Notes under the pieces: model-generated
Database searches by the model: none
Seen by the model: the letters and a program-made list of their open reading frames with translations, nothing else
Told to the model about the DNA's origin: nothing
Shown here: one piece after another, positions 26,568 to 34,683 of the stretch
Position numbering within the stretch: the stretch's first letter is position 1
Layout: each line of letters opens with the position of its first letter
Made by a program: the position numbers and the translations under genes
NCBI GenBank assembly: GCA_002402325.1
Contig: DHFQ01000128.1
Span: 1-47,798, forward strand
Source: Candidatus Aminicenantes bacterium UBA4820
GTDB lineage: Bacteria; Acidobacteriota; UBA4820
Reading direction: 5' to 3'
Length of the DNA stretch: 47,798 bases

Positions 26568-27770
26568 ATGGGAATAATATCAATTGAAAAGTCGCTTGAA
26601 TTAATAAAGAAGGGAAAAATGGTTATCCTTGTTGATGATGAAAACAGGGAAAACGAGGGTGATCTCTTTGTTCCAGCAGAAAAAGTTACTCCAAAGGCAA
26701 TAGCATTTATGGCAACTTACGGAAGGGGACTTATATGCCTTTCAATGACAGGGCAAAGGCTCGATGAACTTGAAATTCCCCTTATGGTTGAAAAAAACAC
26801 ATCAAGTTTTCAAACAGCCTTCTGTGTTTCAATTGAGGCAAAGGATAAAACAACAACAGGTATTTCTGCCTATGACAGGGCTGCGACAATACTTACAGCG
26901 ATTGACCCGAAAACAAAATCATCTGATTTGTTAAGACCAGGCCACATTTTTCCTTTGAGAGCAAAAGAGGGAGGAGTTTTAAGAAGGCCGGGGCAAACAG
27001 AAGCCTCAATAGACCTCTGTCGACTTGCAGGGCTTTATCCTGCGGGTGTCATTTGCGAGATAATGAAAGATGATGGGACTATGGCAAGGCTTCCTGATTT
27101 ACTAAAATTTTCAAAAAAGCACGGGGTTGATATTGTTTTAATCGCTGATTTAATAAAATATAGATTGAAAAGGGAAACACTCGTCAAAAGGATAGCGGAG
27201 CCGAAACTTCCCACAAAATATGGTGAGTTCAAAATCATCGCCTATCAATCTGAACTTTGCGAAAAACCAAACCTTGCTCTTGTTATGGGAAAATGGAAGA
27301 AGGGGGAGGAGGTTCTTGTGAGGATGCACTCAGAATGCCTCACCGGTGATGCTCTCCATTCTCTCAGGTGTGATTGCGGAGCCCAACTTGAATATGCTAT
27401 GAAAAAAATTTCTGAAAATAAAAAGGGTGCGATTGTATATTTGAGGCAGGAGGGAAGGGGAATTGGGCTTTTAAACAAACTTAAAGCCTATGAACTTCAG
27501 GACAAAGGGCTTGACACAGTTGAAGCAAATGAGGCGCTTGGATTTAAGCCTGATGAAAGAGATTATGGAATAGGTGCTCAAATTTTAAGAGATCTGGATA
27601 TTCACAGAGCAAAATTGCTTACAAACAATCCAAAAAAACTTGCAGCCCTTTCTGGTTTTGGAATTGAAATCACAGGGACAGAGCCAATTGAAATTACTCC
27701 AAACCCATTAAACTTTAGATATTTAAAGACAAAAAAAGAGAAGTTGGGACACACACTCAAGAAGGTTTAG
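26568..27770 (+). CDS. ribBA: bifunctional 3,4-dihydroxy-2-butanone-4-phosphate synthase / GTP cyclohydrolase II
   Basis: DDENRENEGDL (DHBP synthase) and HSECLTGDALHSLRCDCG zinc motif (GCH II). 400 aa. Confidence 0.9.
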   Translation: MGIISIEKSLELIKKGKMVILVDDENRENEGDLFVPAEKVTPKAIAFMATYGRGLICLSMTGQRLDELEIPLMVEKNTSSFQTAFCVSIEAKDKTTTGISAYDRAATILTAIDPKTKSSDLLRPGHIFPLRAKEGGVLRRPGQTEASIDLCRLAGLYPAGVICEIMKDDGTMARLPDLLKFSKKHGVDIVLIADLIKYRLKRETLVKRIAEPKLPTKYGEFKIIAYQSELCEKPNLALVMGKWKKGEEVLVRMHSECLTGDALHSLRCDCGAQLEYAMKKISENKKGAIVYLRQEGRGIGLLNKLKAYELQDKGLDTVEANEALGFKPDERDYGIGAQILRDLDIHRAKLLTNNPKKLAALSGFGIEITGTEPIEITPNPLNFRYLKTKKEKLGHTLKKV

Positions 27771-30700
27771 AAGAATAGATTCTCCTTAAATTTTCTCCTT
27801 TAATTTCTTTTGAAGAATTGAAGGAATCGTCGTTTAAAAAGATCACATCTCCCGTTGAAGTTCCTAAAATTATTGTCTTTCCATCATTTGAATTAAGCAC
27901 TGATGAGGGAATAGAAGGATGAGGAAGCAAGAGTGTTTTATAAGAGTACAAGATTTTATCTTCATCTCCCCTTTTAATTTCAATTCTTATAACCTCCCCA
28001 CCTGTTGCAAAGTAGCAAACATTATTTTCAGGACCTTTAGAAATTGAGAAAGAAAGAGGATTTGTCGTGATTTGTGGCAATAAAAAAAGTTCCTCATTTT
28101 TAAGGTCAAAAGCATAAAGTGAGAATATATCATAAGAACCTAAAATCATCACAACTTCTAAGGAAGGAATATAGGCAAAAGATATTCCCGCCTGAGATGG
28201 GATTTCAAAAATTTTTGAAGAAAATTTATCTCCCTCTTTTTTGAGATAGATCAGTGTACTATTCCAACTGCCTATCAAAAAGCGATTTTCATTTTCATCA
28301 ACCCAGAATCCGTGAAGCGAAAGTTTTTTATTCAAAAGGTCGCCTGTTGAAATTGTTATCTCCTCTTTTAGATTTGGCAATCCCCACGACTTTAATTTCC
28401 CGTCTGAAGAAGATGACCACAACTTATCTTCCCTTTTTGAAATTTGAAGGTAGTTAATCAAAAAATCGTGTGCGGTGCTTCTAAATTGAAGGTCTAAAGA
28501 GGGAAGAGAAAATAGAGCGATTGTTTTATCATCAGATGAGGTTATTAAATTGTTTTCTGTTGTAACCATTGATGTTACGCCAAGTGTGTGTAACTCCTTT
28601 GACTTTACATCTCCATTTTTATCTATTGAATAGATTTTTCCATCGCTACTTCCTGCAAACACAAGGTTGTTTTTCTTATCTTCAGCAAGGCACCAGATTT
28701 CACTTTTGCAAACCTTTACGATCTTTGATGGCGATGATGTTTTTAATGAATATCTGATTATCGAAGAGTTCTGCTTTGATAAAGATAGAATTCCATCAGG
28801 TGAAAAAGAAATTGAATCAAAGGGGACATTTTCTTTTGATTGGTAGAGAAGTTTTCCATCATCAAGATCAAAAATTTTAAGCCCATAATTTCCAGCAGAG
28901 GCAAAAAGTTTTACTTCTGAAAGTACAAGCAAGTCCATTGTCTCACCTGATATAGCAATTTCTTTTGTTTCCTGTTTTAAAAAATCATAAAGAACAATTC
29001 TATCAAACCACCCCCAGATTGACAGAATATTAAGAGCATCATTAGTCATTATTCCATTTATTCTTTCAGAAAATTGTTTTTGATAAACTTTTTTTCCTGT
29101 TTCAAATTCGAAGGAGACAACATCGCTTCCTTTTACTGCTGAAAAATATTTATCACTAAGAAAATAGCGCCCTTTTTCAATCCCGTCATCTTTGATTGTC
29201 GTCATTGGCTTTTCTGGGTGATTTATTAAAGAATAGAGAGAGACTTCATCCTTTTTGATTAGTGCCAATGTTCTATTTGATTTTGATATAATCACTTTTT
29301 CTATTACCATTCCTTTAAGGTCAAAGATGGGGATTTCATTTCCAGAGTCTAAGGACTTCTCATAAATTCTTTTTCCATCAAATAAAATTGGATTGTTGAT
29401 TGAGGAAGTACAAATCAATTCTTCACCAGTTTTAAGTTGTATTGGTGTAGGGACTTTTGAATCCAACTTCATCAGATAAAGAGAACTTGAACCTCTTATT
29501 AAAATATCTTTCTCAACATTTGAAGAGAGAATTTCAATTGAATCCGCTGGCGCTTCCCACTCTCCCGTTTTTTCAAAGGGATTTGATTGATTCTCCCAAT
29601 TTTCTTTTTTCTTTTTTGAAAGAAAAAATATAGAAAGTAGAAGCAGAGCGAAAATCAAAACAACTGTCGCAGGGACAAAAACTTTTTTGAAATTATTGTT
29701 TTTAACCTTCTTGCTTTTCTCTGCCTCTTTTGTCTTTTTTGATTCTCTTGAAAGTTGTGAAATTACCTCACTTCCAGATGGCGTGGAGATTGTAGGCGAA
29801 TAACCTGAAGTTTCTTTCAAAATTATATTTTTCATCGTATCAAGATTTGATGGTTCTTTCAGTTTCAACTCTTCGATGAATTGTGAGACACTCTCAAATC
29901 TCTCCTCCGGGTGAACAGATGTTGCTTTTTGGATAGCATTCACAATATTTTCAGGAGTATTTTCGGGAAGAGAGGCGCCTCCTACAGGAAAATTAATATC
30001 CTTTGCAACAATTTCGCCGAGTGTTTTTCCTTCTCTTAGAGATTTTTTAGAGATAATTTCAGCGACTATCAAAGCGAAGGCGTACTGGTCAGTTTTAGGA
30101 GATACTCCTTTTGAAAGTAGTTGTTCGGGTGCGATGTAGTTTATTGTTCCGATTATGTTCCCTTCGCCTGTCAATGTTTTTGACGAATCTTCGGAAAGAA
30201 CCTTTGCTATTCCAAAATCAAGGATTTTTGGTGAAACCCTGTTTTCTGAAATTGTCAAAAGAATGTTTTCGGGCTTTAAGTCCCTGTGAATGACATTTTT
30301 ACTATGGGCGTAATCAAGTGCTGATGCTATTTCTTTAAGAATGGTTGAAAAATCATCAACATTAAAAATCTTTGAATGGTGCAATAAAAGAGTTCTTAAT
30401 GAGATTCCCTCAACAAATTCCATAGCGTAGTAGGCAGAGCCGTAGTCGCTTACATCAAAATCGTAAATGCCAACGATATTTGGATGCTTTAAGGTGGCAA
30501 GGAGTTGAGCCTCTCTCAAAAATCTTTCAAGGAAAGTTGATTCCTGTTCAAGAGAGGGAATGATCATTTTTAATGCTGATAGTCTATTTAAAATTGAATG
30601 TCTTGCAAGATAGACAATTCCCATACCGCCATAACCCAGAACACCCTCTATCTTGTATTTCCCAAAGGATTTTCCAACAAAGAAATCGGGTTCTTTTAAC

Positions 30701-30783
30701 TCAAGGCTTGAGGAGCAATAGTTACATTTAGTTCCTTTAATCGAGATTTTATTGCACTGTTTGCAGTATTTAAAATCAATCAT
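27757..30783 (-). CDS. Ser/Thr protein kinase with N-terminal zinc ribbon, one TM segment and a large C-terminal WD40-like beta-propeller region
   Basis: CKQCN...CNYC ribbon, GYGGMGIVYLARH...ALK, HRDLKPENIL, DFGIAK and APE motifs. One TM segment (VPATVVLIFALLLLSIFFL). WD-like repeats (GSSDGKIYSID, SSDDKTIALFS, SSSDGKLKSWG). The start could instead be ATG 30954 (see findings). Confidence 0.8.
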   Translation of the reverse strand: MIDFKYCKQCNKISIKGTKCNYCSSSLELKEPDFFVGKSFGKYKIEGVLGYGGMGIVYLARHSILNRLSALKMIIPSLEQESTFLERFLREAQLLATLKHPNIVGIYDFDVSDYGSAYYAMEFVEGISLRTLLLHHSKIFNVDDFSTILKEIASALDYAHSKNVIHRDLKPENILLTISENRVSPKILDFGIAKVLSEDSSKTLTGEGNIIGTINYIAPEQLLSKGVSPKTDQYAFALIVAEIISKKSLREGKTLGEIVAKDINFPVGGASLPENTPENIVNAIQKATSVHPEERFESVSQFIEELKLKEPSNLDTMKNIILKETSGYSPTISTPSGSEVISQLSRESKKTKEAEKSKKVKNNNFKKVFVPATVVLIFALLLLSIFFLSKKKKENWENQSNPFEKTGEWEAPADSIEILSSNVEKDILIRGSSSLYLMKLDSKVPTPIQLKTGEELICTSSINNPILFDGKRIYEKSLDSGNEIPIFDLKGMVIEKVIISKSNRTLALIKKDEVSLYSLINHPEKPMTTIKDDGIEKGRYFLSDKYFSAVKGSDVVSFEFETGKKVYQKQFSERINGIMTNDALNILSIWGWFDRIVLYDFLKQETKEIAISGETMDLLVLSEVKLFASAGNYGLKIFDLDDGKLLYQSKENVPFDSISFSPDGILSLSKQNSSIIRYSLKTSSPSKIVKVCKSEIWCLAEDKKNNLVFAGSSDGKIYSIDKNGDVKSKELHTLGVTSMVTTENNLITSSDDKTIALFSLPSLDLQFRSTAHDFLINYLQISKREDKLWSSSSDGKLKSWGLPNLKEEITISTGDLLNKKLSLHGFWVDENENRFLIGSWNSTLIYLKKEGDKFSSKIFEIPSQAGISFAYIPSLEVVMILGSYDIFSLYAFDLKNEELFLLPQITTNPLSFSISKGPENNVCYFATGGEVIRIEIKRGDEDKILYSYKTLLLPHPSIPSSVLNSNDGKTIILGTSTGDVIFLNDDSFNSSKEIKGENLRRIYSSKPS

Positions 30784-30813
30784 CTTTCTACCAAAAAAAA
30801 GTCTATCATAAAG

Positions 30814-30845
30814 TTGAAAAATTTTCTTGAAAAAACTACAACTAT
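30814..30845 (+). repeat. direct repeat copy A (degenerate copy of the 32173 promoter)
   Basis: TTGAAAAATTTTCTTGAAAAAACTA is identical over 25 nt to 32173-32197. 30 of 32 positions match over the extended span. Confidence 0.8.
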
Positions 30846-31007
30846 TTCCTTTAAGGCAAAACAAAATTGGAGAATTTGATTGGTTGATGTAAAATAAAAT
30901 CTGTGGAATATAGATGCATAAAGAAATGGCAGCAACATATTCAAAATACAACATTATGAGCGTCCTCGTGCTAAGAGAATTTCTCTTTCAAGTTTAAAGG
31001 CTAATTT

Positions 31008-32168
31008 ATGATTTTAAGTTATAAAGGCAAAAAGACAGAAAGAGAAATACTTGAATACAGGAAGAAAACTTTCATAAAAACTGCAGAAGGAAAGATTGGT
31101 TCAAGATCAAGACTCATTAAGGGTGAAAACCTTTCAGTTATGAAATATCTCCTTTATGAGAAAGGATTGGCAGAAAAGATTGACCTTGTCTATATAGATC
31201 CGCCGTTTTCAACAAACAATATTTTTACCATAAGCAAGAATAAAGCAAACACGATAAGCAGAAGCAATGAAGATGCAATCGCATACAGGGATTCGCTTCT
31301 TGGAGAAAATTACATTGAGTTTTTGAGAGAAAGGCTTATTTTATTAAGGGAACTGTTGTCAAATAAAGGCTCTATTTATGTTCATATTGATTACAAAATA
31401 GGACACTATGTTAAAGTTTTGATGGATGAAATATTTGGTAAAAAGAATTTTTTGGCGGACATTACGAGAATAAAGTGCAATCCAAAAAACTTTGAAAGAA
31501 GGTCTTTTGGAAACATAAAAGATATGATTTTGTTTTATTCAAAAACAGGAAATCACATCTGGAACGAACCAAAGGAAGAACTGAATGAAGACGATATAAA
31601 AAGGTTATTCAAAAAAGTTGATAAAGATGGAAGAAGATATACAACAATTCCACTTCACGCACCTGGGGAAACCAAAAATGGAGAAACGGGTAAAATCTGG
31701 AACAACATATCTCCACCCAAAGGAAGACATTGGAGATGTTCTCCCTCAGAATTGGACAAACTTGAAAAAGAAGGGTTGATAGAGTGGTCAAAAACGGGGG
31801 TACCAAGAAAAAAGATTTACGCAGATGAAAGGAGCGGGAAAAAAATTCAGGATATCTGGGAATTTAAAGATCCACAAACCCCAATGTATCCAACAGAGAA
31901 GAACCTTGATTTACTAAAATTGATTATAATTTCATCCTCAAATCAGGAGAGCATTATTCTTGATTGTTTCTGTGGGTCCGGGACAACTTTAATTGCTTCA
32001 GAAGAATTGGGAAGAAAATGGATAGGAATAGACAATTCAGAAGAGGCGATAAAAGTGGCAAAAGAGAGATTATCTATTTTGTCAAGGGAAAGCCTCTATC
32101 AAGATAATGATTATGAGTATTGTGAACAAATTGATTCAGATGTAAATTCAATTGAAGTTATTTGCTGA
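31008..32168 (+). CDS. beta-class DNA methyltransferase (N6-adenine or N4-cytosine), apparently orphan
   Basis: Catalytic motif IV (VYIDPPFSTNN) near the N-terminus and AdoMet motif I (LDCFCGSGTT) near the C-terminus, which is the beta permutation. No nuclease-like neighbour. Confidence 0.8.
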   Translation: MILSYKGKKTEREILEYRKKTFIKTAEGKIGSRSRLIKGENLSVMKYLLYEKGLAEKIDLVYIDPPFSTNNIFTISKNKANTISRSNEDAIAYRDSLLGENYIEFLRERLILLRELLSNKGSIYVHIDYKIGHYVKVLMDEIFGKKNFLADITRIKCNPKNFERRSFGNIKDMILFYSKTGNHIWNEPKEELNEDDIKRLFKKVDKDGRRYTTIPLHAPGETKNGETGKIWNNISPPKGRHWRCSPSELDKLEKEGLIEWSKTGVPRKKIYADERSGKKIQDIWEFKDPQTPMYPTEKNLDLLKLIIISSSNQESIILDCFCGSGTTLIASEELGRKWIGIDNSEEAIKVAKERLSILSRESLYQDNDYEYCEQIDSDVNSIEVIC

Positions 32169-32172
32169 ATTC

Positions 32173-32201
32173 TTGAAAAATTTTCTTGAAAAAACTATAA
32201 T
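32173..32201 (+). promoter_or_regulatory. sigma70-like promoter (TTGAAA-17-TATAAT) for the glycine-zipper lipoprotein gene
   Basis: TTGAAA at 32173-32178 and TATAAT at 32196-32201, with a 17-nt spacer. GAGGAGG at 32208-32214 and ATG at 32220. Confidence 0.6.
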
Positions 32202-32204
32202 TAT
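32173..32204 (+). repeat. direct repeat copy B (overlaps the functional-looking promoter)
   Basis: See copy A. It begins 5 nt after the methyltransferase stop codon. Confidence 0.8.
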
Positions 32205-32219
32205 CTTGAGGAGGATAAA

Positions 32220-32747
32220 ATGAAGAAAGTCTTTTCTTTGATTGTTCTTATTTCTTTGGTAATTGCCTGTGCACCGCACTACAGGAGTTCGGGATATGAC
32301 CCTGACGATGTCGGAAAGCCCATAACAATTCAAAAAGGCGAAGTAGAAAATGTTAGACCTGCAGAGATTGAACACAATCAAGAAACAGGTATGGGAACCT
32401 TAGCCGGTGCTACTCTTGGCGGTGTAGCGGGTAATGCTGTTGGCAATGGCACAGGACAGGATATTGCCACTGTTCTTGGAGTTATAATTGGGGCGATAGC
32501 GGGGTCTTCTGCGGAAAAGGGCGGAAACAAAAGAAAGGCTGATGAGATAACGGTTCGCCTTGATGATGGTAGAGTTTTTGCTGTGGTTCAGGAAGTTGGA
32601 CAGGAAAAATTCCAGATTGGCGACAGGGTTGAAGTTTTAAAAACCCCCGATGGCAGAATGAGAATAAGAATGGCACCTAAAAACGCCCCACCCGCACCGA
32701 CGACAGGTGAAAAAGTAAGAGAACCGGGAGAAACACCTAATAAGTAA
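32220..32747 (+). CDS. glycine-zipper 2TM domain lipoprotein (SlyB/17-kDa-antigen-like)
   Basis: Lipobox LVIAC. GTLAGATLGGVAGNAVGNGTG...GVIIGAIAGS glycine zipper. Confidence 0.8.
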   Translation: MKKVFSLIVLISLVIACAPHYRSSGYDPDDVGKPITIQKGEVENVRPAEIEHNQETGMGTLAGATLGGVAGNAVGNGTGQDIATVLGVIIGAIAGSSAEKGGNKRKADEITVRLDDGRVFAVVQEVGQEKFQIGDRVEVLKTPDGRMRIRMAPKNAPPAPTTGEKVREPGETPNK

Positions 32748-33053
32748 TAAACAAAGAAAGAGAGTTGGACAAGAAAATAACTACCCTAATGGTTTTGCAA
32801 GGTGTTCTTGTTCCTAACTTTCTGAAGGGTCAATAAGAGAAAGTAGAGGTTGAGAGAAAATGTTAGAGGGAAAAATAGAAGACATAGTCTCAAAAACACA
32901 CGCTTTGTGGATGAAAAGAACAGGGAGGCAAGAAAAAAATTCAACTATTCTGGGGCGGATAACTAAAATTAAAAATATGGGTAATGAGAGAACCACAACA
33001 CAAATGGTGTGGGGACCAATTGATAGGAATTCGTAACATAAATGGTTCAGATA

Positions 33054-34004
33054 CTAATCCTGTTTCTGTCCACAGGAGGGGCAGATTCTTGCCCTTTTTG
33101 GGAGAGGGCGTCTGCAATTAAAGCAAAATGATTCTTTTGCCTCTTCCCTGAATTTTATTCTCTCCCGGATTTCAAGGATTTCCCTCTCTCTTAATGGGGT
33201 GAGTCTCAACCTCTTTAAATCGGAAAGAAGTTCAGATGCTGATTTATATCTCTGGCTTAAATCCCTTGCCATAGCCTTAACAATGATGTCGTTAAACTCT
33301 TTGCTAATTGACCTTTTCCTGATTATTGGCGGGGTAAACCTTCCGAGTGCGACCATCTCCTCAATTTTTGAGGGGCTAATATCAAAATAGGGAAGCGTTC
33401 CTGTAGCCATCTCATACATCATCACGCCAATTGAATAGACATCGGATTGGAAATTTGCCCTTCCCTGAAAATGCTCCGGTGCCATATAGGGCGGAGAGCC
33501 AATTCTTGTTGAGGCATAACTTTCATCCTCTTTTAAAAGCCTTGAAATTGAAAAATCTGTAACCTTTGCAACTTCATCTTTTGTTAAAAGTACATTTGAG
33601 GGCCTTAAATCGCGATGAAGAATATTGAGTTTGTGGGCATAAGAGACTGCATCTGTAACTTCAATCGATATTGAAATAGCCTTTGGTTCTTCAAGGAATT
33701 GAGAGGTTGAAAGTGTATCTGCAAGAGACTCTCCGTTCACATACTCCATAACGATATAGAAAACTTCAGTTTCAGGATCAATCTCTGCTGTCAAAACAGA
33801 GACAATATTTGGATGGTTTAAAGGCGCCATCAATTTTGCCTCAGCGACCAGTTTTTCCTTCTCTTGATTCTGGTTGTGGGGAACTTTCAATGCGACAAGT
33901 TTTCCTATGATGGTATCTTCTGCAAGATAGACTACGCCAAAACCACCCGTTCCGAGTGCTTTGATTATCCTGTATTTTCCAACAACCTGTTCTTTTAAAA
34001 ACAT
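33054..34004 (-). CDS. Ser/Thr protein kinase with C-terminal zinc ribbon
   Basis: GTGGFGVVYLAED...ALK, HRDLRPSNVLL, DFSISR and APE motifs. C-terminal CFNCRRPLPKRARICPSCG. Confidence 0.85.
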   Translation of the reverse strand: MFLKEQVVGKYRIIKALGTGGFGVVYLAEDTIIGKLVALKVPHNQNQEKEKLVAEAKLMAPLNHPNIVSVLTAEIDPETEVFYIVMEYVNGESLADTLSTSQFLEEPKAISISIEVTDAVSYAHKLNILHRDLRPSNVLLTKDEVAKVTDFSISRLLKEDESYASTRIGSPPYMAPEHFQGRANFQSDVYSIGVMMYEMATGTLPYFDISPSKIEEMVALGRFTPPIIRKRSISKEFNDIIVKAMARDLSQRYKSASELLSDLKRLRLTPLREREILEIRERIKFREEAKESFCFNCRRPLPKRARICPSCGQKQD

Positions 34005-34260
34005 CAGTTAACCTTATAGTGTTTTTTTAAAGCCTTAAGGACCCTCCATTTGCAGGAGAGCCCTTCGGGGAAAAATAATCCCCCTCTTTGAATTTTACAC
34101 TTTCCAAATCAGTTTTTACTTTCGCTTTACCCTCTATTATTAAGCATGTTTCATTCGTATCGTAATGAAAGTCAAACTCACCAACATCACAACTCCAGAC
34201 AGGCCATTCTTTTGCCTCTTTAATCTGCGCTTTTGTTGGTTTTTGAACTTTTATTTTCAA
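34004..34260 (-). pseudogene. cupin_3 (DUF861/EutQ-like) small cupin, interrupted by a 1-nt frameshift in a homopolymer run
   Basis: The ORF-track product (34027..34260) ends in a non-family tail (SPKGSPANGGSLRL). Shifting frame at the T5C4 run (rc of 34067-34075) gives ...GDYF(F/S)PEGLSCKWRVLKALKKHYKVN*. This matches the family's C-terminus, and its TGA overlaps the kinase ATG (TGATG, 34002-34006). Confidence 0.6.
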
Positions 34261-34272
34261 TTTAAACTCCTA

Positions 34273-34632
34273 TTAAAAGGGTCTTACGAAGGAATTCATT
34301 ATTGCCCTTCCACCAAAGAAGAAATACCACGCTATTGAGAGGCAACTTAAGAGAATTGAAAGTAGCCCAAGAATAATTCCAACAAGAGCCATCCATTTCC
34401 CTTTCTCTGAAGATTTTCCTGCCTTGATGTTGTTATTTTCAATCCAGCCAACTATTAACGCTGGAATACCGGCAAAAAGACCACAGCAACAGAAACTCAG
34501 AATACCAAGCACAAGGGAAGTTATTGCAAGCCCTGATGGCTTGTCCTTCTTTTCTGATCCAACGACTTCAGCATCATAAACAGGCGTATTCTCCTGAGAT
34601 TCATCATTTACCTTAATTTCATCATCAGCCAT
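34273..34632 (-). CDS. DUF4190 domain membrane protein
   Basis: Acidic N-terminus followed by TM helices (LAITSLVLGILSFCCCGLFAGIPALIVGWI..., LVGIILGLLSILLSCLSI). Confidence 0.65.
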   Translation of the reverse strand: MADDEIKVNDESQENTPVYDAEVVGSEKKDKPSGLAITSLVLGILSFCCCGLFAGIPALIVGWIENNNIKAGKSSEKGKWMALVGIILGLLSILLSCLSIAWYFFFGGRAIMNSFVRPF

Positions 34633-34683
34633 TTTTTCCTCCTAAATAAAAATTATAGCACAAATTGATTGAACACATAGATT

